From Anaerolineales bacterium (GTDB lineage: Bacteria > Chloroflexota > Anaerolineae > Anaerolineales > Villigracilaceae), in NCBI GenBank assembly GCA_020851785.1, contig JADZCC010000065.1:6495-70494 (forward strand): DNA of 64,000 bases, in the 5' to 3' direction. The position numbers were made by a program, and so were the translations under genes. Below are positions 55,676 through 63,520 of the stretch, in pieces (position 1 is the stretch's first letter; every line of letters starts with the position of its first letter). The notes below the pieces were generated by a model, which did no database searches, was not told where the DNA came from, and saw nothing but the letters and a program-made list of their open reading frames with translations.

Positions 55676-56707
55676 ATGTCAACGCAAACTTTTTTAGTCC
55701 CAAAAGACCACGTCTTGGAAAAAATTCTGGACTTCGGGAATGAACTTGCGCTCCATTCAGGCCAGACGGATCAATTTATATTTGATTTTCAGGGAAAAGG
55801 CCTCGACACGCCTTTTGGAATGCTCTCGATTGCGTTTGCAATCCATAAGTTTATGGACGAACGCCCAAAGGCGCAATGTCTACCAATCAATTATGAAGAG
55901 CGCTGGTACGCGTCGCATATGGGGTACTTCCAAGCCTGTGGTTTTAAAATTGGAAAGCTTCCCGGGCAGGCACACGGTAGCGACACCTATATTCCAATCA
56001 CCGTAATGCAAGTTGCAGAACTGCAGGAACAGGCCCGGCGGGAAATTCGGGAAATGGGCAACATCATTGAGGATCATTCCAAAAGGCTCTCGGCGGTTTT
56101 GTTACAACAAACGGAAGGCCCTGCTTTTGAAATTCTGGCCTACAGTTTACGCGAAATGCTCAGAAACATCGTCGAGCACAGTCAATCTGAAACCCTGGCC
56201 TTCTGCGCCCAATTTCGTCAAAGGGCCAAGCAGGCGGAAATTGCGATTCTAGATACGGGCATTGGGATTCGTTCCGCGCTTGCCAACAATCCGCATTTGA
56301 GCATTGAAGCAGATCGTCAGGCGCTTAATCTTGCGATTATGCCGGGGATCTCCGGAAAAATGTTCAAAGGCGTAAAAAAGAATCCCTACGATGACTGGCA
56401 AAATTCTGGTTACGGGTTATATGCCGTCAGCCGTTTGTGCGGGCATGGCGGAAAGTTCACCCTTTGTAGCGGCGATACTGCGCTGGCGCTTAAACCGGAA
56501 AGCCGGGAATATCATCGAGCCAGCCACCAAGGCACGGCGTTGAGAATCATCCTTTCCGCTTCCGAATTCAAAGACGCCAAATCCACACTGGCAAAGATCA
56601 TGAAAGAAGGCGACAAGCAAGCCAAAGAATTTGGGATTCAAGGCGCAAAAGCCTCGGCCGCATCCAGGGCGCTCGCATCAGAATTTCAAAAAAAGGGAAC
56701 GTCTTAA
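55676..56707 (+). CDS. GHKL-superfamily ATPase / anti-sigma-factor-type Ser kinase-like protein with a novel N-terminal domain
   Basis: 343 aa. N box LREMLRNIVEHS, G1 box ILDTGIGI, G2 box NSGYGLYAV. The first ~130 aa are unassigned (possibly STAS-like). The region is AT-richer than its neighbours. Confidence 0.65.
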   Translation: MSTQTFLVPKDHVLEKILDFGNELALHSGQTDQFIFDFQGKGLDTPFGMLSIAFAIHKFMDERPKAQCLPINYEERWYASHMGYFQACGFKIGKLPGQAHGSDTYIPITVMQVAELQEQARREIREMGNIIEDHSKRLSAVLLQQTEGPAFEILAYSLREMLRNIVEHSQSETLAFCAQFRQRAKQAEIAILDTGIGIRSALANNPHLSIEADRQALNLAIMPGISGKMFKGVKKNPYDDWQNSGYGLYAVSRLCGHGGKFTLCSGDTALALKPESREYHRASHQGTALRIILSASEFKDAKSTLAKIMKEGDKQAKEFGIQGAKASAASRALASEFQKKGTS

Positions 56708-56711
56708 AATC

Positions 56712-56737
56712 AAAAAACCGCCAACCGGCGGTTTTTT
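56712..56737. terminator. bidirectional rho-independent terminator
   Basis: AAAAAACCGCC-aacc-GGCGGTTTTTT. Confidence 0.85.
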
Positions 56738-56747
56738 GATTATTTAG

Positions 56748-56819
56748 TAGCGGGGACAGGACTTGAACCTGTGACCTTCGGGTTATGAGCCCGACGAGCT
56801 GCCACTGCTCCACCCCGCA
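56748..56819 (-). tRNA. tRNA-Met (CAT), initiator type
   Basis: The reverse complement is TGCGGGGTGGAGCAGTGGCAGCTCGTCGGGCTCATAACCCGAAGGTCACAGGTTCAAGTCCTGTCCCCGCTA. This is nearly colinear with E. coli tRNA-fMet. It has three G:C pairs closing the anticodon stem and a 1:72 mismatch. CCA is not encoded. Confidence 0.9.
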
Positions 56820-56832
56820 TCGAAGAGCGCAG

Positions 56833-56862
56833 ATAATACCACAAGCCCAAGGGAAGAGTCAA
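56833..56862 (-). promoter_or_regulatory. promoter of the tRNA gene (TTGACT-18-TATTAT, GC-rich discriminator)
   Basis: Minus-strand TTGACT at 56862-56857 and TATTAT at 56838-56833, followed by CTGCGCTC before the tRNA 5' end. Confidence 0.6.
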
Positions 56863-56930
56863 GCGTGCAAATTTAACCGCCATTCGCAATATTCCAAAAC
56901 GGTTTCTTGACTACAATCAGTCAAGTTGCA

Positions 56931-59681
56931 ATGCATAAAAATAATTTTCTCAAACTTCTATTGATTGGGACGCTGAGTCTGCTTGCTGGAAGTCAGCGAA
57001 ACATCGCCCGCGCCCAAAACGAGCGGATCGTCTTTGCCGTGATCAGCGACTATGGCGTGGCCGGGCAACCCGCCGCGGATGTGGCCACGCTGGTCAAAAG
57101 CTGGAATCCGGATTTCATCGTCACTTCGGGGGATAACAATCAAATTGGCGGAAAGCTCGAAATGGACGCCAACATCGGGCAGTATTATCACGAATACTTA
57201 TTCAACTACGCCGGAGACTACGGAGCCGGTTCGCCAACGCGACGCTTTTTTCCCGTCTTGGGAAATCACGATTGGTCTGGCGAAGGCGTGGAGGCCTATC
57301 TGGCTTATTTTCGTCTGCGCGATTTTCAGCGTTACTATGAATTCACGCAAGGCCCCGTTCATTTTTTTATGCTGGATAGCGACAGAAACGAACCAGATGG
57401 CGCACAAGCAAATTCACAACAAGCCCTGTGGCTCAAAAAAGCGTTGGCCGCCTCCACCTCTCCATTTAACCTCGTTGTCTTTCATCATCCGCCCTACACT
57501 TCGGGCTGGCACAAGCCCAGCGAATACATGCGCTGGCCATTCAAGGAATGGGGCGCAGATGCAGTCCTTTCCGGGCACAATCATTTATACGAACGCCTAA
57601 CGGTAGATGGATTGCCTTATTTCATTAACGGCTTGGGCGGCGCAAAGATCTATAAGTTTGAAACGGTCGTTCCAGAAAGCCAGGTACGCTTTAATTTAGA
57701 TTATGGGGCCATGCGCGTCGAAGCCACCGATACCACGATCAAATTTCAAATGTACACGCGCGCCGGAATGCTGGTGGACGAATACGCCATCGGGCAGACA
57801 ATTCCGCTGGTCGCCACGATCACGCCTGTAAACCCAACGCTCACCAACGCCAACGTTGTTGAATACGCGGTGCATTTCTCCGAGCCGGTCAGCGGCGTGG
57901 ACCTTTCGGATTTTTCACTCGCCACAACCATCGGCGATGCGACGATTAACGCAGTGAACGGAAGCGGCGCAGACTATCGCGTCTCCATCAATACCGGCAC
58001 AGTCAGCGGAACGCTTCAACTTAACCTGATGGATGACGACTCGATCTTCGGCGCTTCCAGCCCGTTGGGCGGAGCAGGCTCAACCAACGGAAACTTCTCC
58101 AGCCCAGACCTGTACACGCTCGATAAAACGCCGCCAGCCATTACGTCCATCACGCGGATGAGCGCCGACCAAACCAACGCCAACAGCGTGGATTACTCCG
58201 TCCGATTTTCAGAACCAGTAATCGGCGTGGATGGGAGCGATTTCTCAATCTATTTCAGCAATTCCAGCGGAGCCTTCATCAGCGCGATCAGCGGATCAAA
58301 TGATGCCTACGTCATCACGCTGAACGCCGGAAGCGGCGACACAACCCTTCGGCTGGACGGACTGAACGACGGCTCAATTTTGGACGCGGCGGGCAACGCC
58401 ATCAACAGCAGTTTTACCAATGGCGAAAGTTACACCATTACAAAAAACATCTCCACCGTTACATCCATCGTGCGCGTTGGAAATGCGTTGACTAATTCTG
58501 CCAGCGTGGATTTTATCGTCACGTTTTCAGAGCCGGTCAACGGCGTGAACGCTGAGGATTTTTCATTAAGCGCGCCACCCGGCGCATTCATCAGCGCCGT
58601 CGCCAATTCCAATCCTTTCTATATCGTCACCGTCAACAGCGGCACAGGCGATGGAACGCTACGCCTCAATTTAACGGACGACGACAGCATTATCAATTTA
58701 GCCGGAGCCAATTTAGGCGGCGTCGGGCTGGGCAACGGAAACTTCTTCAACGGCGAAACTTATATGCTCGATAAAACCGCCCCGCTGGTCACGTCCATTC
58801 AAAGCGTAAACCCAAGTCCTAGCGCCGCGCAAAGCATGGATTTTATTGTCACATTTTCAGAACCCGTCAACAACGTGGACGCTGGGGATTTTTCCTTAAA
58901 CACAAACCTAATCAACGCCTCAATCACCAACGTCACAAACGCCAATCCGTTTTATGTCATTTCAATCAGCGCTGGTTCGGGGTCTGGTTCGCTGCAACTA
59001 ACGCTCGCCGATAACGATAGCGTGATGGACGCGGCGGGCAATCCGCTGGGCGGCTGGGGCGTAGGCAATGCCAGCTTCTCGGCCAGCCCGCTCACGATCA
59101 CAAAAGCGGCGGTGGACTTTCCCGCGCCCACTCTGGTGGAACCGCGTCGCAATTTATTGACGACCAACGCCACGCCGTCTTTCTCGTGGACGCCTGTGCG
59201 CAACGCCCGCGCTTATGAAATCAGCCTGGCGTTGGATGAAAATTTTTCGCAAATCGTCTTCAGTCAAATTGTGGAGCGAACTACGCTTCAACTCGCCGCG
59301 CCCTTGAACGACGGAATTTATTTTTGGAAACTCCGCGCCTACACTGCGGATTTTCTACCCGGAAAAGATAGCATGGTGTACACACTCAAAGTGGATCGAA
59401 CGCCGCCCGCCCCGCCCCAGCCTGTCAGCCCGGCCGATCATTCGCCTGCGCCTCGGCGCCCCTGGCTGAAATGGACGGCTGATTCTGACGCGGTTTTATT
59501 TCAAATTCAAGTGGATAACAATTCAAATTTCTCCAGCCCGGAATTTGTTGGCTCTTCAAAAGAGGTTTTCGTCCGCGCCGAAAACCTTGGCAAAGGGGTT
59601 TATTATTGGCGCATCGTCGCCAAAGACGCGGCCGGCAATTGGGGAAATTGGTCGCCCGCGTTTACGTTCGCCACACAATAA
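56931..59681 (+). CDS. secreted calcineurin-like metallophosphoesterase with four Ig-like repeats and two FN3-like C-terminal domains
   Basis: Signal peptide (MHKNNFLKLLLIGTLSLLAGS). Motifs VISDYG, GDNN, GNHD, FHHPPY, GHNHLYER. Four ~105-aa repeats carry F(S/T)EPV.GV...DFS. Start at ATG 56931 (the track start is TTG 56907). Confidence 0.8.
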   Translation: MHKNNFLKLLLIGTLSLLAGSQRNIARAQNERIVFAVISDYGVAGQPAADVATLVKSWNPDFIVTSGDNNQIGGKLEMDANIGQYYHEYLFNYAGDYGAGSPTRRFFPVLGNHDWSGEGVEAYLAYFRLRDFQRYYEFTQGPVHFFMLDSDRNEPDGAQANSQQALWLKKALAASTSPFNLVVFHHPPYTSGWHKPSEYMRWPFKEWGADAVLSGHNHLYERLTVDGLPYFINGLGGAKIYKFETVVPESQVRFNLDYGAMRVEATDTTIKFQMYTRAGMLVDEYAIGQTIPLVATITPVNPTLTNANVVEYAVHFSEPVSGVDLSDFSLATTIGDATINAVNGSGADYRVSINTGTVSGTLQLNLMDDDSIFGASSPLGGAGSTNGNFSSPDLYTLDKTPPAITSITRMSADQTNANSVDYSVRFSEPVIGVDGSDFSIYFSNSSGAFISAISGSNDAYVITLNAGSGDTTLRLDGLNDGSILDAAGNAINSSFTNGESYTITKNISTVTSIVRVGNALTNSASVDFIVTFSEPVNGVNAEDFSLSAPPGAFISAVANSNPFYIVTVNSGTGDGTLRLNLTDDDSIINLAGANLGGVGLGNGNFFNGETYMLDKTAPLVTSIQSVNPSPSAAQSMDFIVTFSEPVNNVDAGDFSLNTNLINASITNVTNANPFYVISISAGSGSGSLQLTLADNDSVMDAAGNPLGGWGVGNASFSASPLTITKAAVDFPAPTLVEPRRNLLTTNATPSFSWTPVRNARAYEISLALDENFSQIVFSQIVERTTLQLAAPLNDGIYFWKLRAYTADFLPGKDSMVYTLKVDRTPPAPPQPVSPADHSPAPRRPWLKWTADSDAVLFQIQVDNNSNFSSPEFVGSSKEVFVRAENLGKGVYYWRIVAKDAAGNWGNWSPAFTFATQ

Positions 59682-59719
59682 TCAGCGCGCCTGAATATTT
59701 ATGATAATTATCTAGTATA

Positions 59720-59748
59720 TTGACATAACCCCGCGACTTGGGTATACT
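59720..59748 (+). promoter_or_regulatory. promoter TTGACA-17-TATACT placed 7 nt before the ATG (leaderless transcript predicted)
   Basis: TTGACA at 59720-59725, TATACT at 59743-59748, ATG at 59756. Confidence 0.6.
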
Positions 59749-59755
59749 CCCCCGC

Positions 59756-60379
59756 ATGACTTCAACGCGCGACAAGATTTTACAAACCCTGCTCAAAAAA
59801 CCGCGCTCCACCATCAACGATCTGGCGGAAGCGGTGGGCATTAACCCAATCTCTGTGCGTCACCACCTGACGAATTTACAAATTGAAGGGCTGGTGGCAG
59901 GTCAGGAAGAACGGCACGGCGTGGGCCGCCCGCGCCTGGCCTATGTGTTAACCGAAGCTGGCATGGAAAAATTCCCAACGCGCTACATGAAACTCACCAC
60001 GCGTTTACTTTCGCAAATCAAAGAGACCCTGCCCGCCGCCACCACGAAGAAACTCTTCAGCCAAATTGGCGAAACGTTGGCCAACCAGTACGCGGACGAA
60101 CTCAAACACCTAAGCATTGAAGAACGTCTGGACTTCGTCAAAAGCGTTCTGGCGCAGGAAGGCTTCAACGTGGAGTGGGAAAAGAAAGACGGTCAATATC
60201 AAATTCACGAAGTGACCTGCCCGTATTATCAAATTGGCATTACCCACCCGGAAGTTTGCACGGTGGATCAGACGGTTATTTCAAAAATGCTGGCTCTGCC
60301 CGCCAGTAAAGTACAATGTATTTTAAGCGGCAACGCCCAATGCACCTACGTGGTTCAACCCGTTACAGCCAAAAAATAA
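59756..60379 (+). CDS. SufR-like wHTH transcriptional regulator with a C-terminal Cys cluster
   Basis: TSTRDKILQTLLKKPRSTINDLAEAVGINPISVRHHLTNLQIEGLV. The C-terminus has CPYYQ...C...C...C spacing, suggesting an Fe-S sensor. Confidence 0.6.
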   Translation: MTSTRDKILQTLLKKPRSTINDLAEAVGINPISVRHHLTNLQIEGLVAGQEERHGVGRPRLAYVLTEAGMEKFPTRYMKLTTRLLSQIKETLPAATTKKLFSQIGETLANQYADELKHLSIEERLDFVKSVLAQEGFNVEWEKKDGQYQIHEVTCPYYQIGITHPEVCTVDQTVISKMLALPASKVQCILSGNAQCTYVVQPVTAKK

Positions 60380-60402
60380 GACTTTTATACAAGAGGTAAA
60401 CA

Positions 60403-60750
60403 ATGAGCGACTCTGGAATTAACGAAATTCAATGGACAATCCACACCACTCACCCGGAACTGGTCAAGCAGGCCCGCGCCAGCCTTTCGGAAGTGATTGA
60501 CCCGGAAATTGGAATGGACATCATTCAGTTGGGGCTGATTCGCGATGTGGAAATCAACAACGGCGTCGGGCTGATTAAGATGATCCTCACCACCCCTTTC
60601 TGCCCTTACGGCCCGGCTATGATTGAAATGACCAAAGCCAAAGCCACCGAAGGCCTCAACATGCCCATCACGATCGAAATGGGCATGGAGATGTGGGACT
60701 TCTCCATGATGGAAGACCCCTCCGCGCTGGATTGGGGCATGTACGCCTAG
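60403..60750 (+). CDS. DUF59/MIP18 (SufT/PaaD-like) Fe-S assembly family protein
   Basis: 115 aa. VIDPEIGMDIIQLGLIRDVEI...TTPFCP. Confidence 0.75.
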   Translation: MSDSGINEIQWTIHTTHPELVKQARASLSEVIDPEIGMDIIQLGLIRDVEINNGVGLIKMILTTPFCPYGPAMIEMTKAKATEGLNMPITIEMGMEMWDFSMMEDPSALDWGMYA

Positions 60751-60771
60751 GCAACTAATAAATAGAATAAT

Positions 60772-60800
60772 CAAAGCCGTTGACCTTCGTCAACGGCTTT
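60772..60800. terminator. bidirectional terminator between convergent genes
   Basis: AAAGCCGTTGAC-cttc-GTCAACGGCTTT followed by T. Confidence 0.8.
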
Positions 60801-60812
60801 TACTTTTATGCG

Positions 60813-61520
60813 CTATTTCGTAATCGTAACCGATTCGATCGCATCGCCGGTGAAGGTTGGGTTGGTTTCCGGGTCGCGGCGGGTAATGCCATTGACCACG
60901 TCCATGCCCTCCACAACCTGTCCAAAAATGGTGTAGCCGCCGTTCAAAAATTCCGCCGGAGCAAAGGTGATGAAGAACTGACTGCCGTTGGTATCGCGTC
61001 CAGCATTGGCCATGGCCAGTACGCCTGCCTTGTCAAACGTCAGGTCGCTGTCTTCGTTCACAAATTCATAGCCGGGGCCGCCGCTCCCTGAGCCGCTGGG
61101 ATCGCCACCCTGCGCCATAAAGCCTTCCAACACGCGATGAAAAGTCACGCCGTTGAAGAATCCCTTGCAGGCCAAAAAGACAAAGCTGTTCACGGTAATC
61201 GGCGCTTTCGCCGTGTACAACTCCACCACAAACTCCCCGCCTTTGGCCATTTTGAAGGTGGCAAAATAATCGGTCTGCTGATCCACCAACAGGTCCGGCG
61301 CAGAGGCGTACTGCGGCGCGGCGGGTATCGCGTCAAACATGGAGCAGGCTTCGCCCGCGCCAACCGTCACGTTTCCGGCCGGGGTTGCGGCGGCAGGCTT
61401 GGGCCAGGGGATGTACTTCCACGCAAAAAAGCCAATCACCAAAACAATCGCGCCAAGCGCCACGTATTGAATTATCTTCTCTGAACTCTGAGCCTGCTCT
61501 ACTTGCTGTTTCTTCGCCAT
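60813..61520 (-). CDS. cyclophilin-type peptidyl-prolyl cis-trans isomerase with an N-terminal membrane anchor
   Basis: 235 aa. FHRVLEGFMAQGGDP and LAMANAGRDTNGSQFFITF. TM segment YVALGAIVLVIGFFAW. Confidence 0.9.
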   Translation of the reverse strand: MAKKQQVEQAQSSEKIIQYVALGAIVLVIGFFAWKYIPWPKPAAATPAGNVTVGAGEACSMFDAIPAAPQYASAPDLLVDQQTDYFATFKMAKGGEFVVELYTAKAPITVNSFVFLACKGFFNGVTFHRVLEGFMAQGGDPSGSGSGGPGYEFVNEDSDLTFDKAGVLAMANAGRDTNGSQFFITFAPAEFLNGGYTIFGQVVEGMDVVNGITRRDPETNPTFTGDAIESVTITK

Positions 61521-61632
61521 GCCACTTCTCCTTGAAATAAGATTCGCCTATTTTACTTGAAACTCCACTTCGCTCCTCTCTTGCACTGTCCGCCTTTTTC
61601 ATTTATGCTAGGCCGCACAGGAGAATAAAATA

Positions 61633-62784
61633 ATGAACTTTGACTTAGATCAGGAACGTCAGGCTTGGAAAAAAGTCGTCCATGATTTTGTGGCGAAGGA
61701 AATTAAACCGAAAGCGCGGGAAGTGGACGAAACCGAATCGTTTAACTGGGACGCGGTGCGCAAAGGCGGGCCAATTGGCTTGCTGGGCATGAGCATCCCC
61801 GAAGCGTACGGCGGTTCAAACGTCGGCATGATCGCCAACGCAATCGCCCTCGAAGAACTCGGCTGGGGGTGCGGCTCCACGGCTTTGGCTTTTACGGCTC
61901 ACAATGGGCTGGGCACGGCGCCCATCGCCATTTATGGAAGCGAAGAACTGAAACAGAAATGGCTTCCGCTCGTCGCCAGCGGAAAGAACAAACTGGGCGC
62001 GCTCGCGCTCACCGAACCCGGCGCCGGTTCAGACTTGCAAGGCGGCGTCATCACCCGGGCGGAAAAACAAGGCGATGAATGGGTCATCAACGGCGCGAAG
62101 ATGTGGTGCACCAACGCCGGCATTGCGGAATATATCATCACGCTCGTGCGCACCGACCCTGCGGGCGGCTCCAAATCCCTGAGCATGATCCTCGTCCCGA
62201 CCCATTCGGCCGGTTTACACATCGGCTCTCCCGAAAAGAAGATGGGCTTGCGCGGCTCGCCCACTTACGCGGTGAGCTACGACAACGTTCGCGTGCCTTT
62301 GGGCAACTTGATTGGCGCGGAAGGCCGCGGCTTGCAACAAACGCTCTCCACACTGGACGCCGGGCGCGTCAGCATCGGCGCAATTTCCGTTGGGCTGGCG
62401 CAGGCGGCGTTTGAAGCCGCCGTGACCTACGCCCGCGAACGAAAAGCCTTTGGACAAAGCCTCGCGGACTTTCAAGCGACGCAATTCAAACTTGCCAACA
62501 TGGCCACCGAAATTGAACTGGCCCGCACCATGATTCACAAAGCCGCCTGGCTCAAAGAACAAAACCGCCCCATTAACAAAGAGGCGGCGATGGCGAAGTT
62601 ATACGCCACCGAAATGGCGGAACGGGTTTGCCATCAGGCGATTCAAATTCACGGCGGCAACGGCTACAGCCGCGAATACAACGTGGAGCGGATGTATCGC
62701 GACGCGCGCCTGATGACGATTGGCGAAGGCACGAGCGAAATTCAAAGACTGGTCATCGCCCGCCATGTATTGGCAGACGAATAA
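61633..62784 (+). CDS. acyl-CoA dehydrogenase
   Basis: 383 aa. [10 protein letters not shown] and [34 protein letters not shown]. Confidence 0.92.
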   Translation: MNFDLDQERQAWKKVVHDFVAKEIKPKAREVDETESFNWDAVRKGGPIGLLGMSIPEAYGGSNVGMIANAIALEELGWGCGSTALAFTAHNGLGTAPIAIYGSEELKQKWLPLVASGKNKLGALALTEPGAGSDLQGGVITRAEKQGDEWVINGAKMWCTNAGIAEYIITLVRTDPAGGSKSLSMILVPTHSAGLHIGSPEKKMGLRGSPTYAVSYDNVRVPLGNLIGAEGRGLQQTLSTLDAGRVSIGAISVGLAQAAFEAAVTYARERKAFGQSLADFQATQFKLANMATEIELARTMIHKAAWLKEQNRPINKEAAMAKLYATEMAERVCHQAIQIHGGNGYSREYNVERMYRDARLMTIGEGTSEIQRLVIARHVLADE

Positions 62785-62806
62785 AGTTTATCCATAAAGA
62801 AAAACG

Positions 62807-62853
62807 CCCGCTTGATTTATCCAAAAACAGCTACTTCAGATAAATCAAGCGGG
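62807..62853. terminator. 15-bp stem-loop between convergent genes
   Basis: CCCGCTTGATTTATC (62807-62821) and GATAAATCAAGCGGG (62839-62853). Confidence 0.5.
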
Positions 62854-62883
62854 AGCTATAGCTTCGCAAGGCGAATATGGCGC

Positions 62884-63174
62884 TTATGTCATATTTTGAG
62901 CGTCTGCCATGGCAGATGAAATAACGTCCTCTTTTACGCCTTTTTTTCGCAGGCTTTCAATAAAAGCAGAAACTTCCACGCTATTTTCAAGGCGCTCCAT
63001 GTCAGTTCTTAAGCCCTGACCAACATAGGCCTTAATCAAAGCTTGATAACCTAAAAAACCAAGCACAGGCGCAATACGCTTTAAGTCTTTAATTACATCG
63101 TCAGGGATACGAATGCTTACCATAGTCATTGGACGGTCTTTTTGCAAACGTCGGGCAATTTTATTGATTTTCAT
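62884..63174 (-). CDS. brnA: BrnA-type antitoxin (RHH/CopG-like)
   Basis: MKINKIARRLQKDRPMTMVSIRIPDDVIKDLKRIA... Start taken at ATG 63174, which has a purine-rich stretch upstream and a 14-nt overlap with brnT. The track ORF begins at 63201. Confidence 0.65.
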   Translation of the reverse strand: MKINKIARRLQKDRPMTMVSIRIPDDVIKDLKRIAPVLGFLGYQALIKAYVGQGLRTDMERLENSVEVSAFIESLRKKGVKEDVISSAMADAQNMT

Positions 63175-63457
63175 ATATTTCTCTTTCTTCTCTCGTGGCA
63201 TGGCGAGCTGAGATAATGCGAATAACGTCGCCGCGGATTACATAAACGATATAGAGCATTAGCCAGGTGGTTGTTAACCCAACCAGCCGTTCTCGAAGTT
63301 CAGAACCAACAATTTCTTCGTCAAGATAACAAACAAATGGATCAAAGAAGGCCTCGCACGCCAGTTCGAATTTCACCTTATGTTTACGAACATTCACAAC
63401 GGACTTCTGACTATCCCACTCAAAATCAATACCCTGCAAAAAATACCGAACGTTCAT
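63161..63457 (-). CDS. brnT: BrnT-family (DUF497) toxin
   Basis: MNVRYFLQGIDFEWDSQKSVVNVRKHKVKFELACEAFFDP...IRIISARHATREEREIYE. Start at ATG 63457. The track start 63493 is the TTG of a -35 box. Confidence 0.75.
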   Translation of the reverse strand: MNVRYFLQGIDFEWDSQKSVVNVRKHKVKFELACEAFFDPFVCYLDEEIVGSELRERLVGLTTTWLMLYIVYVIRGDVIRIISARHATREEREIYENQ

Positions 63458-63464
63458 AGAGAGA

Positions 63465-63493
63465 AGTATATCTCTCCGTATATATTGCGTCAA
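63465..63493 (-). promoter_or_regulatory. promoter TTGACG-17-TATACT, 7 nt upstream of the brnT ATG (leaderless predicted)
   Basis: Minus-strand TTGACG at 63493-63488 and TATACT at 63470-63465. A GAGAGA/TCTCTC inverted repeat spans the -10 region. Confidence 0.55.
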
Positions 63494-63520
63494 TACGCCC
63501 CGTTTTTGATATCCTTACTT

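Noticed and set aside
54859-56819. Possibility of an integrated genomic island or prophage remnant at the smpB/tRNA-fMet junction.
   Set aside because: There is no integrase, excisionase or phage gene. I could not find a direct repeat of the tRNA 3' end in the flanks. Only two genes are involved. It is kept as a cassette of interest but not called a mobile element.
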